NCBI GenBank assembly: GCA_019358915.1
Contig: JAHHIM010000034.1
Span: 1 to 49,313 of the forward strand
Direction: 5' to 3'
From: Trichormus sp. ATA11-4-KO1
GTDB taxonomy: Bacteria; Cyanobacteriota; Cyanobacteriia; Cyanobacteriales; Nostocaceae
Length of the DNA: 49,313 bases
Both the position numbers and the translations under genes were made by a program. The notes beneath the pieces are model-generated. The model saw only the letters and a program-made list of their open reading frames with translations. It was not told the DNA's origin and searched no databases. Position 1 is the first letter of the stretch; the number at the start of each line of letters is the position of its first letter. This document shows positions 40,530 through 49,313 of the stretch, piece after piece.

Positions 40530-41582
40530 TCAAGCCGAGATTTCAATCTTCTGCTGTTCGGACACTGGAGACTGGACACGCTCAGGATGTTTGTGGGCGA
40601 AGCGATCGCTAATAATAGTATTTAGCCGTTTCTCCATCGCTACGATCATTTTTTCTATTCGCTTCTTACCCCGTGGCACAGGTAGACTGCGAATCATGGG
40701 TTTAATAAATGCTTTATGTCGCCGATGTCCCAATTTCTCATACCGTCTTTCAAAATACTTATCTTCGGTCAGATCCCATTTTTCACGAAAATGCTTCAAG
40801 CTTGCTAGTTCCCAAGCATCGCTCCAGCGCAGCATAAAGTAGGCTAAATCAGGCAATTCAAACGGCGGCCCTTGAACGTAGGTGACAACAGAGCGGCGAT
40901 CGCAGTAAATAGTACCTCCAACCCTTGACACCACCATACAAAAATCCAGGTGTTCTCTAGTAGCTAGTAGCCCTTCATCAACCAGCCCGGTGCGCTCAAA
41001 TATATCCGTGCGAATTAATATACAGTGAAATTCTACATAATCACACTGCACCAGCTGAAGTTGATCGGGGACATCAGCAACTCGCCTGTGACACAACTGG
41101 CTTTTTTGATAAATACGCCGTCTGATCCCATCCTCTGTCTTCTCCTCCGCAATGTGAGTTTGTCCACCAGCATTGTGAATTAGTTCATGCACAGGCTGAT
41201 TAATACAGATGAGCGGGCCAACTACTGCGGCTTCTGTCTCTTCAGCAGTTTCTACCAATCGTTGCAACCAGCCTGGTGTAACTATCACATCGTTATCGTA
41301 GAAAACTAGATACTTGGTGTTGACGTGACGCAAGCCTATATTTCTAGCTTGGTTGGGCGAGAGATAGTAATCTGTACGAATCAGTTCAAATCCTTTTTTT
41401 TGTGCTTGTTCTTCTAGATAACGCTGGATATGAGGTGGAGAATTACCATCTACATAAACTAAGTTGAAGGGATAATTTGTATTCTCGTAGATACTTTCAA
41501 GTGATTCACGAGTGCAGCTAAAACGCTCCCGTGGAACAACAATAATCGTTACTTGCGGTTCTGCGGTTACTGGCGAATTCAT
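40530..41582 (-). CDS. Glycosyltransferase family 2-like protein (tandem paralogue)
   Basis: PRERFS, YVDGNSP, FYDND, EFHC. Confidence 0.85.
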   Translation of the reverse strand: MNSPVTAEPQVTIIVVPRERFSCTRESLESIYENTNYPFNLVYVDGNSPPHIQRYLEEQAQKKGFELIRTDYYLSPNQARNIGLRHVNTKYLVFYDNDVIVTPGWLQRLVETAEETEAAVVGPLICINQPVHELIHNAGGQTHIAEEKTEDGIRRRIYQKSQLCHRRVADVPDQLQLVQCDYVEFHCILIRTDIFERTGLVDEGLLATREHLDFCMVVSRVGGTIYCDRRSVVTYVQGPPFELPDLAYFMLRWSDAWELASLKHFREKWDLTEDKYFERRYEKLGHRRHKAFIKPMIRSLPVPRGKKRIEKMIVAMEKRLNTIISDRFAHKHPERVQSPVSEQQKIEISA

Positions 41583-41681
41583 GAGCTAAATCCTCTGCTA
41601 ATATCAAACGATTTAATGTGATTGCAAAGAACACTAATTGAAGATATCCATTTTGGTTATGGTAGCACCTTATACTTTTTT

Positions 41682-42974
41682 TTAACTGACATATTCAGGA
41701 TTAACTGAAGTATCGGAAAATTTTGGACACGGTTGTGAACTCTTCAACAATACTTGCTGATAAATTGTCACTAATTCATCATTTAATGTGTTCATATCGT
41801 AGTGCTTTTCTACATAAGCACGACCTGATTTGCCCATTTGTGCCCAAATTTCTGGATGCTCAATGAAATAGCTTAATTTTTCGGCTATGGCATCAGCATC
41901 TCGTTCTGCAACTAGAAATCCAGAAATTCCATCTTGTATTAATTCAGGAATACCACCGTGACGAGTACCAATGACTGGCAAACCCATCGCCATTGCTTCT
42001 TTTAATGTATTTACAGGAGCATCTTGGTTGCCATCCGCAGCTGTTACACTTGAGGCAATAAAGATATGGGTCTGGTTGAGGATTTCAATAATTTCTGGCT
42101 GATTTTTCCAACCTAGAAGCTTCACTTTATCAGCAATATCTAAGTCTTCGATTAGCTGTTGTAAGAGTTCTTTTAAAATTCCGTCACCAATAATATTGTA
42201 TTCAATATTTGCATGTATTTTTGCTACTTTAGCAATAGCACGAATACCATATTCTATGCCTTTTTTTTCTACGAGACGGCCTGTTGTAGCAATCCGAATT
42301 TTGCCATCTGAAGATAATTGCCTTGGCTTGAACGGAAACTGACTGCAATCTATACCTGAACCGTGGACAACAATTTTATTTTCATCGCAACCTATTTTAA
42401 TTGCTCGTTGCCTGAAAAATTCGCAGTTAGTGAGAAAAAAATCTCCCTTAACAAATAGTGGATTATAAACATCTTCGCCCTTTTCTTGAAGATATTTACT
42501 GATATCAAATCCCCGAAATGATGTGATTAATTTTCCTTTGATGGCACCAATGTCCCGATAAACCATACCATGTAGTCCGAACAACCCAAATTGACAGTGA
42601 ATAATATCGTAGGGTTGAGACTTTAAAAACGGTATTACTTCGTACAGTAGTCTTAAAGAAACCGCTCTTTTACGATACTTAAAAAAGTTGAGCGATCGCA
42701 ATAATACCAAGGGAGCTTTAGGAAAATTTACTAATAATAGCATCATTCCTAAAAGGAAACGCCAGAGATAATTTTCAGGGATTGTGGGTGTATAGTGAGT
42801 TTGCCTTAATAACTGATATTTTTCTACGTTTGGATGCACTTTCGAGGTATCTTCTGGTTTACTGGCATAAATATGAACCTCATGCCCCCGTGCAATCAAA
42901 CCTGTAATTTGATTCAAAATGAATGTTTCCGATATTACGGGAAATTGTCCGGCGATGATTGCTATTCTCAACAT
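41682..42974 (-). CDS. Glycosyltransferase family 4, WcaL-like
   Basis: FPVISETFILNQI, GRLVEKKG, EAMAMGLPVIGTRHGGIPELI. Confidence 0.9.
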   Translation of the reverse strand: MLRIAIIAGQFPVISETFILNQITGLIARGHEVHIYASKPEDTSKVHPNVEKYQLLRQTHYTPTIPENYLWRFLLGMMLLLVNFPKAPLVLLRSLNFFKYRKRAVSLRLLYEVIPFLKSQPYDIIHCQFGLFGLHGMVYRDIGAIKGKLITSFRGFDISKYLQEKGEDVYNPLFVKGDFFLTNCEFFRQRAIKIGCDENKIVVHGSGIDCSQFPFKPRQLSSDGKIRIATTGRLVEKKGIEYGIRAIAKVAKIHANIEYNIIGDGILKELLQQLIEDLDIADKVKLLGWKNQPEIIEILNQTHIFIASSVTAADGNQDAPVNTLKEAMAMGLPVIGTRHGGIPELIQDGISGFLVAERDADAIAEKLSYFIEHPEIWAQMGKSGRAYVEKHYDMNTLNDELVTIYQQVLLKSSQPCPKFSDTSVNPEYVS

Positions 42975-43625
42975 ATCATTTGACTCTAATTGGCTATTTT
43001 ATTCTGCGCTACTTTGATGAGTTTTTAGTGCTTGAACTGATTGGTGAGCTTTTCAGCATTTTCCTAACAAATGATTTTGAGACAAGCACAAATATAAGAT
43101 TTTTAAGCAGCACTGATAAAGTAACTGTAGCTATATGTATTCAGGCTTGATTTAACCACAAAATCAGACTTGATTTTAAATTATGCATCATCATCGGATT
43201 TAAATTAGGAGGATATCAATTATTTAAAGTAGTTTACATCACTAATCTCCTAAAAATTTCTATCTGTTATTAAGCTTGTTTCATGCTACTGAAATTTTTA
43301 TCAAATTTAAATTGAATTAAACATCATTCTTTGGACATATTTATCTTTTAATTTAATGAATTAAATCGCCATAACACAGTATTATTGTAAGAGTTATATA
43401 TCAGTTTTATCACGACTTTTAATAATAAAAAAATCGCTTTGCGTACTAATTAAAAAATATTTATATTTTAATTAGCCAAATGCAAATTTAACACATAAGT
43501 GTACTTAAGCATATACTACAAGTATGAATTTTTAATGAAGATGCTAAATGTTGGTCTCATAAATCACGACGGCAAATTTAGCAAAGAGTTGATTGAGAAG
43601 GTTAACTTTGCTGGAATTAACTACT

Positions 43626-45176
43626 ATGTCCCAATCTTTAACTGAAGAAATTCTCTCCCAATTACCAGGTGATGTTTTAGAAGGTTTGCGTCAAAGCGAT
43701 CGCATCCTTACATCTATCAGAGAAAACACAGCACCAGTACCAACAGTAGTTCAAGAAAGTCAGCAGATGCTAGGCAATGTAGATTGGGATGTGATTGTCT
43801 GCGGTGGCACATTAGGGATTTTAATTGGTTGCGCCTTGGCGGTGAAAGGGCTGAAAGTAGCGTTAATGGAGAGGGGAATTTTGCGTGGGAGAGAACAAGA
43901 ATGGAATATCTCCCGTAAAGAACTAGAAGTATTTTTGGAATTGAACTTGCTGGCAGATGCAGAATTAGAGCAAGCGATCGCTACTCAATATAACCCAGCT
44001 AGAGTTAGCTTTCAAGGTGGCGGAGAAATTTGGGTAGAGGACGTTCTGAATATTGGTGTAGATCCAGTTTATTTACTGGCTACATTGAAAACTAAATTTT
44101 TGGCTGTCGGTGGGCATTTATGGGAAAATACACCCTTTACTGAAGCGGTAATTCATCCAGATGGGGTGATGGTCAACACCCAGTTGAAGGCTAGGTTATT
44201 AATCGATGCGATGGGACATTTTTCTCCTATCACCCGCCAAGCACGCCAAGGAAAAGCACCAGATGCTTTGTGTTTGGTAGTAGGAAGTTGTGCTCAAGGT
44301 TTTCCGGAAAATAACTCAGGCGACTTGTTATTATCATTCACAACTTTGCAAAATCAATGCCAGTACTTCTGGGAGGCTTTTCCAGCTAGGGATGGTAGAA
44401 CCACTTACTTATTTACCTACATGGATGCACATCCACAACGTTTGAGTTTAGAAGCTTTGTTTGCAGAATATCTGCGTCTACTACCAGAATATCAAGGTGT
44501 AAAATTAAATCAATTGCAATTTCAACGCGCACTGTTTGGCTTCTTTCCTTCCTACCGCCAAAGCCCATTGAAAACTCCTGGGAATCGCATTTTAACCGTG
44601 GGAGATAGCAGTGGTAATCAATCTCCTTTAAGTTTTGGTGGTTTTGGGGCGATGGTGCGTCACCTCAAGCGTTTAACATTTGGTATTGATGAGGCATTGC
44701 AAACAAATCAATTATCAGCAAATGCGCTAGGATTGCTGCAACCTTATCAACCAAATCTGGCGGTTACTTGGTTGTTTCAAAAAGCCATGAGTGTGGGCGT
44801 AAATCAGCAAATTCCCTCAGATCAAATTAACCAATTACTCACGGCGGTATTTCAGGAAATGCAAAAATTGGGTACACCAGTACTTAAACCATTTTTACAA
44901 GATGTAGTACAGTTTGGGGGACTGACACAAACATTATTAAAAACTGGCTTATCCCATCCGGGATTAATTGCCAAAATTATTCCGCAAGTGGGTTTAGGAA
45001 GTTTGCTTGATTGGATGTTGCATTACGGTAATTTAGGTATTTACACTGCCTTATTTAAACTCAGTCCAATGCTAGAAACATGGATGAATAATCAATCAAA
45101 CGAACAACAATATTATTGGCAGCGTTTAATTGATGCTTGGAAGTATGGTTCTGGTGCTGACTATTTTGATCAATAA
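43626..45176 (+). CDS. FAD-dependent oxidoreductase of the CruA/CruP lycopene cyclase family (CruP-like)
   Basis: GGTLG, GREQEWNISR, QYFWEAFP, GD...QSPLSFGGFG. Confidence 0.78.
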   Translation: MSQSLTEEILSQLPGDVLEGLRQSDRILTSIRENTAPVPTVVQESQQMLGNVDWDVIVCGGTLGILIGCALAVKGLKVALMERGILRGREQEWNISRKELEVFLELNLLADAELEQAIATQYNPARVSFQGGGEIWVEDVLNIGVDPVYLLATLKTKFLAVGGHLWENTPFTEAVIHPDGVMVNTQLKARLLIDAMGHFSPITRQARQGKAPDALCLVVGSCAQGFPENNSGDLLLSFTTLQNQCQYFWEAFPARDGRTTYLFTYMDAHPQRLSLEALFAEYLRLLPEYQGVKLNQLQFQRALFGFFPSYRQSPLKTPGNRILTVGDSSGNQSPLSFGGFGAMVRHLKRLTFGIDEALQTNQLSANALGLLQPYQPNLAVTWLFQKAMSVGVNQQIPSDQINQLLTAVFQEMQKLGTPVLKPFLQDVVQFGGLTQTLLKTGLSHPGLIAKIIPQVGLGSLLDWMLHYGNLGIYTALFKLSPMLETWMNNQSNEQQYYWQRLIDAWKYGSGADYFDQ

Positions 45177-45213
45177 CTGCTAAAAACTTAAATATTAGGT
45201 GTGTGAGAATAAC

Positions 45214-45921
45214 ATGATTGAGCGAAAATCTGTAGGCATAAAATACTTTACAGTACTGATTGGCTTTTTGCGCGATCGCCAGGGGTTTCTTGACGAAATT
45301 CGTCAAGGTGCGAGATTACCAAATAAAATTATTTCTTTATTGGTTTGTAGTTCCATCTTTCTAGCTATTTATGGTGGCATTATTGGTGCATACCATAGCT
45401 GGATGCAAGCTTTATCTTCCGCCATCAAATTACCAGCGCTTTATTTGATTACACTGCTAATTTGTCTCCCAACATTGTACTTTTCTAATATTATTTTTGG
45501 TTCCAAACGGACTTTTGGTCAGCACTTCTCACTAGTTTTAACTGCTGTTTCCGTTACTAGTGTCCTTTTATTTAGTTTTGCACCAATTACACTATTTTTC
45601 TTAATTACTACCAATAATTATCAATTTTTGATTTTGTTAAATGTAGTAATTTTTTCTATAACCGGATTGATTGGTATATCTTCTTTATATCAGGCAATGA
45701 ATTTAGTTTTAGAGCAAGATAATGAAGGTAGCAAAACACGTAAGAAAATCTTACAATTTTGGCTACTTCTATATGCTTTCGTAGGCAGTCAGCTAGGATG
45801 GACTCTCAGACCTTTTTTTGGTGCGCCTGATTCTACCTTTCAACTGTTTCGCGAAAGAGAAGGCAATTTTTATCTGAGTGTTATTCAAGCTATTAGCTAC
45901 CTCTTGGGATTCCGTTCATGA
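45214..45921 (+). CDS. Conserved membrane protein of unknown function
   Basis: Multiple TM segments; KLPALYL..L.ICLPTLY; FVGSQLGWTLRPFFG. Confidence 0.8.
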   Translation: MIERKSVGIKYFTVLIGFLRDRQGFLDEIRQGARLPNKIISLLVCSSIFLAIYGGIIGAYHSWMQALSSAIKLPALYLITLLICLPTLYFSNIIFGSKRTFGQHFSLVLTAVSVTSVLLFSFAPITLFFLITTNNYQFLILLNVVIFSITGLIGISSLYQAMNLVLEQDNEGSKTRKKILQFWLLLYAFVGSQLGWTLRPFFGAPDSTFQLFREREGNFYLSVIQAISYLLGFRS

Positions 45922-46020
45922 GTGATTCATTGATGCTGATAGATACAGCATAGAATGGGGAGTAGGACAGTAAAAACTTTTTCTCCTATTCCCCATTCCC
46001 CTTGTGGACGTGGTTTTTGA

Positions 46021-47151
46021 TTAACTAACATGGGTATGCTGCTGTGCTTGTGCTAAGTACAAAAGTTCTTGTGTAGTTAAACTACGTTTTTTTTCTACTG
46101 ACTCTAGTCGCACCGCATCCAAGACAGACTGGATTGCTTCTGAGTCAAGAAAAATCCCGTGCTGTTGCAGCAGGTTAGACAATAAATGCCTCCCAGAATG
46201 CTTACCTACAACCAAACGCCGTTCCCAACCTACCTCTTCCGGGGCAAATGGCTCGTAAGTATTGGGGTTTTGTAGTACACCATGAGCATGGATACCTGAC
46301 TCGTGAGCAAAGGTATTTTCACCAACAATTGCCTTCCAAGGATGCACATTATACCCTGATGCTGATGCTACAAGTCGGGATATTTCCAACAAACGTGAGG
46401 TATCAATACCTAAATCAGTATCATAGATGCGTTTGAGAGCCATCACAACTTCTTCTAAAGGAGCATTTCCAGCTCTTTCACCTAAACCATTGACCGTTGT
46501 ATTGACTGATAAAGACCCCGCCTTGATCCCTGCGAGAGTGTTAGCAGTGGCTAAACCAAAATCATTGTGGGTGTGCATTTCCACAGGAATCGATAAGGCT
46601 GTGACTAATTTTTTAACTTTCGTATAAGTAGTAAAAGGATCAAGAATTCCTACTGTGTCACAAAAGCGAAACCGTGATGCACCACATTCTTGAGCATAAA
46701 GCGCTACATCAAAAAGAAATTGTTCATCGGCTCTAGAGGAATCTTCTCCACCTACGGATATAAAAAGTCCATGATCGAGGGCAAAGTTCATACTATCTTG
46801 AAGTTTCTGTAAAACCACCTGCCACTGTCCCTGAAATTTAGCAGCAATTTGGATTGCAGAGACAGGAATAGATATATGCACCCGTTGCAAACCACAAGCT
46901 ATGCAAGCTTGAATATCTGAAATGACAGCGCGGTTCCAACCCAGCAATTGAGCGCGCAAACCCAAGTGAGAAATTGCGGCTATGGCTTGTTGTTCGGCTG
47001 TACCCATCGCTGGAATCCCCACTTCTAACTCATGAACTCCAATAGTATCTAGAAATTTAGCGATCGCTATTTTCTCCTCTAAGTTAAAAGCCACACCCGC
47101 CGCTTGTTCACCATCCCGCAAGGTTGTGTCATTAATGACGACTTGATTCAT
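46021..47151 (-). CDS. nifV: Homocitrate synthase, stand-alone (nifV2-like)
   Basis: [42 protein letters not shown]. Confidence 0.9.
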   Translation of the reverse strand: MNQVVINDTTLRDGEQAAGVAFNLEEKIAIAKFLDTIGVHELEVGIPAMGTAEQQAIAAISHLGLRAQLLGWNRAVISDIQACIACGLQRVHISIPVSAIQIAAKFQGQWQVVLQKLQDSMNFALDHGLFISVGGEDSSRADEQFLFDVALYAQECGASRFRFCDTVGILDPFTTYTKVKKLVTALSIPVEMHTHNDFGLATANTLAGIKAGSLSVNTTVNGLGERAGNAPLEEVVMALKRIYDTDLGIDTSRLLEISRLVASASGYNVHPWKAIVGENTFAHESGIHAHGVLQNPNTYEPFAPEEVGWERRLVVGKHSGRHLLSNLLQQHGIFLDSEAIQSVLDAVRLESVEKKRSLTTQELLYLAQAQQHTHVS

Positions 47152-47308
47152 TTGAGAAATGCCTCTGAGAGAGTAATGCTGAGTTGGATTTAAACATAGT
47201 AGATTAGCGCAGTAGAGGGGTAGAGAATAAGAGTGATAATTTTATACCCTTATACCCAAACTCAACCATGCCATTCATCAATTAGCTAAATAAGTAAAAC
47301 TCCAAATA

Positions 47309-49090
47309 TTAAAAAGGATTATAAAGTAAAGAAAAGTACAATCCATTTTCTTGCCATGTATTCTCTTGAGAGTTAACAGGTACTAAAGGAATACCCCAGT
47401 CAAGACGAGCAGTTAAGCGATCTCCTTGTGACCACTGCAAACCAAGACCAACGGCGGCTAAGGTGTTAGGATCTGGGTTATCTCTCAGTGAATTATTCCA
47501 GGCAATGCCGAAATCAATAAACGGGGTGACTTGTAACAGGCTATCTATTTCGGGTAAGCGGAGAATGGGGATTTGAACTTCCGCAGAAGCTAAAGCGGTA
47601 TTATCAGTTAACAACAAATCTTGCCGGTAGCCTCGAACACTATCCACACCACCCAATCCCACCTGCTCTAAAGGCAAAAGTGCCCTAGATGCTATTTGCG
47701 TATTTGCACGGAGTAGCAGTAAAGTTTCCGGAGCTAACAGCCTTACCCACTGGGCTTGACCCTGCCAAGCAAAAAAGCGACTATCGGGAGCATCTGCATT
47801 AATTGTGGCATTCAATGCACCTATACCCAAATTAAATTGTGACCTGAGAGCAATCACTTCCCGGCTGTTGCGAGTAGTCCATTCTTGGAAAAATCTTAAC
47901 GCAGATATGCGTGTGCGTCCTTGTTCATCAGCTCCCAAAGCCGGAAAAGGTAGGCGTTCTTCTGCAACATAAGTAGCTTCGTTTTCTCGTCGAGAAGCTG
48001 TGATACCAAGGGCGAATTCCTGGGTGGGAGTTTGGATTAATGGCTGGCGCAATGTCACTTCGTAGTAGCGGGAAGAAGATTGAATATCGAGGATGTTGAA
48101 AGGACGTTCAATAACATTGCTTGATGCAGTACCAAAGTTAAAGGTGAGAGTTCCGTTGCGAGGATTAAGAGGTAATGTGTAACTGGCATCTAAGGCATTG
48201 CTACCATCGGTGTTAGTGTAATTTAAACTCAAATTATCTCCCAGTCCGAGTAAGTTAGCTTCATTAAGTCGTAATCGCCGTCGGAAACTGCCAACGCTAG
48301 GCGATCGCCCATTATCCAGAACTACTTGGGCGCTCAATGTTTTTGCTTCTTTGATCTCGACTTGGAGGATACTCTCACCTGGACGCAATCCTGCTGACAG
48401 TTCAGCAGACAGATTTTCAATCAAAGGATTAAGTTGCAAAAGTTGCAGTGCTTCTAACAAACTTTGCCGATTTAGCGGCGACGATGTGGCGATCGCTAGG
48501 CGGCTACGTACATAACTGGAGTTTAGCCTTTGAGTACCCCTTACCTGGATGTCTGCCAATTTACCTTCGACTACCTGAATTTTGATCACACCGGACTTAA
48601 TGGTTTGCGGTGGAATATAAGCACCAGAAGTAATGTAGCCTTTGTTAATATATAGTTCAGTGATTTGAGAACGAGCCTGAAAAACCTCAGCCAGTGAAAT
48701 CGGTCGTTTAGTAAACTCAGCAGTCACTTGGGCTAACTCTTCGGGACTAAATACTGTACTGCCAACAACTTCAAACCTCTCCACAGTAATAGTTTGGGGC
48801 ACATTTTCCGGTAATGGGATTTCTCGTGTGGGAGTGTCAGAAGGCTGGAGTAGTTCTGCTGGTGGTGGTAGTTGCTGTGGTGCTTTCGGCGGTGCTTCTG
48901 GAGCAGGTACAATTGGTTGCAGATCCTGCGGTGGTGGGAGTTGTTGCGACAAAATGAAATTGCTATTTGGTAGTTGTGTATCATCAATAGCATGGGCTAC
49001 CATTGGTTGAGAAATTAAGCTGTTGAGCAATACAAACAAACTCAGAGGTAACCAGGATACACTGAGCTGCTGAGGGGATTTATTCATCAT
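47309..49090 (-). CDS. ShlB/FhaC/HecB two-partner secretion outer-membrane transporter
   Basis: POTRA-like Y..KGYITS...VVEG, VRGY motif, C-terminal Phe. Confidence 0.9.
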   Translation of the reverse strand: MMNKSPQQLSVSWLPLSLFVLLNSLISQPMVAHAIDDTQLPNSNFILSQQLPPPQDLQPIVPAPEAPPKAPQQLPPPAELLQPSDTPTREIPLPENVPQTITVERFEVVGSTVFSPEELAQVTAEFTKRPISLAEVFQARSQITELYINKGYITSGAYIPPQTIKSGVIKIQVVEGKLADIQVRGTQRLNSSYVRSRLAIATSSPLNRQSLLEALQLLQLNPLIENLSAELSAGLRPGESILQVEIKEAKTLSAQVVLDNGRSPSVGSFRRRLRLNEANLLGLGDNLSLNYTNTDGSNALDASYTLPLNPRNGTLTFNFGTASSNVIERPFNILDIQSSSRYYEVTLRQPLIQTPTQEFALGITASRRENEATYVAEERLPFPALGADEQGRTRISALRFFQEWTTRNSREVIALRSQFNLGIGALNATINADAPDSRFFAWQGQAQWVRLLAPETLLLLRANTQIASRALLPLEQVGLGGVDSVRGYRQDLLLTDNTALASAEVQIPILRLPEIDSLLQVTPFIDFGIAWNNSLRDNPDPNTLAAVGLGLQWSQGDRLTARLDWGIPLVPVNSQENTWQENGLYFSLLYNPF

Positions 49091-49313
49091 GGCACTGGGT
49101 TGGTCTTTTTCGGGAACTACGGGATGATACAGAGACTTCTCAGATGTGAATATTACTTCATATGTTGCAACTAAAGTTCATTTTTCAGCCCACATTCCGC
49201 ACTTCAAAAGTAGCATAAAGAACTACAGAGTTATTCTCAGATATACCTGAGTAAAAATACTTAGAAACTTCCAGTCAAAAAAGTGAGACAATCAAAAAAA
49301 TCAAAAATATTTT

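Noticed and set aside
47152..47308. NtcA site upstream of nifV
   Set aside because: No GTA-N8-TAC match found by eye.

Overview
Chromosomal window from a heterocyst-forming cyanobacterium (Nostocales-like). The basis is frequent HIP1 GCGATCGC sites, heptameric STRR repeats, psbA, cyaC and nifV. It is mostly housekeeping: sufR/sufBCDS with two SufR boxes, tRNA-Gly(TCC), cyaC, gltS, an EF-G paralogue, menC-menA/menF, psbA, cofG, trmFO, a Wzm/Wzt plus glycosyltransferase cluster, a CruP-like oxidoreductase, a stand-alone nifV and a TpsB transporter. The best candidate for an unexplained system is a solitary cas6 fused to a C-terminal HTH, with no other cas gene or array in the window. It is preceded 40 nt upstream by one degenerate CRISPR-repeat-like hairpin, suggesting autoregulation or an RNA-linked regulator. 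Features absent from the ORF track include an IS701-like end, an internally deleted NADAR gene, a decayed CxxC deaminase-toxin-like remnant, a gene remnant at the tRNA 3' end, two MITEs, in-frame short repeat insertions in sufD, cyaC and menC, and a 56-aa membrane protein. All family assignments come from motif recognition by eye; no searches were run.
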